From NCBI RefSeq assembly GCF_018350175.1, contig NC_058373.1, positions 114,888,001 to 114,952,000 on the forward strand: a DNA stretch of 64,000 bases. The letters are read 5' to 3'. Source of the DNA: Felis catus. Taxonomy: Eukaryota. This document shows positions 63,908 to 64,000 of this stretch, piece by piece (position 1 is the first letter of the stretch; each line of letters opens with the position of its first letter). Both the position numbers and the translations under genes were made by a program. The notes under the pieces are model-generated. The model saw only the letters and a list, made by a program, of their open reading frames with translations, was not told the origin of the DNA and ran no database searches.

Positions 63908-64000
63908 ATGTGGAGGAAAAATAAGCCCAGTTCCTAAATGAGACACGGTCTACAGTGAATGTCAGGAAAAAACAAGCGAACTCTTGACTAGTGTTTCAAC

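Noticed and set aside
1..64000. CRISPR arrays, prokaryotic defence systems or foreign inserts
   Set aside because: No regularly spaced direct repeats, operon-like ORF clusters or non-mammalian composition blocks seen; the window is consistent with felid genomic DNA.

Overview
Mammalian genomic DNA, almost certainly a felid (dozens of tRNA-derived Can-SINE/SINEC_Fc-type elements with CT-rich linkers and a felid-type L1 3' end). The window holds coding exons 2-15 of GALNT16 (polypeptide GalNAc-transferase 16, + strand, 2263-33352; 14 exons joining into 498 codons plus stop, exon 1 upstream of the window). It also holds the last two coding exons of ERH (- strand, 58659-58539 and 52686-52584), convergent as in the human 14q24 arrangement. 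The rest is introns, repeats and a ~17 kb intergenic gap. The main unexplained signal lies in that gap (43.6-47.9 kb, + strand): a set of GT-AG-bounded short exons whose phases chain. They encode a signal-peptide-like N-terminus and amphipathic segments reminiscent of four-helix cytokines (by eye, IL-5/IL-3/GM-CSF-like), with a lost start codon and probable frameshifts. This is a candidate unannotated cytokine-like gene or unitary pseudogene; the family assignment is inference and no search was run. Exon numbering follows my recollection of the human orthologues; repeat boundaries are approximate.
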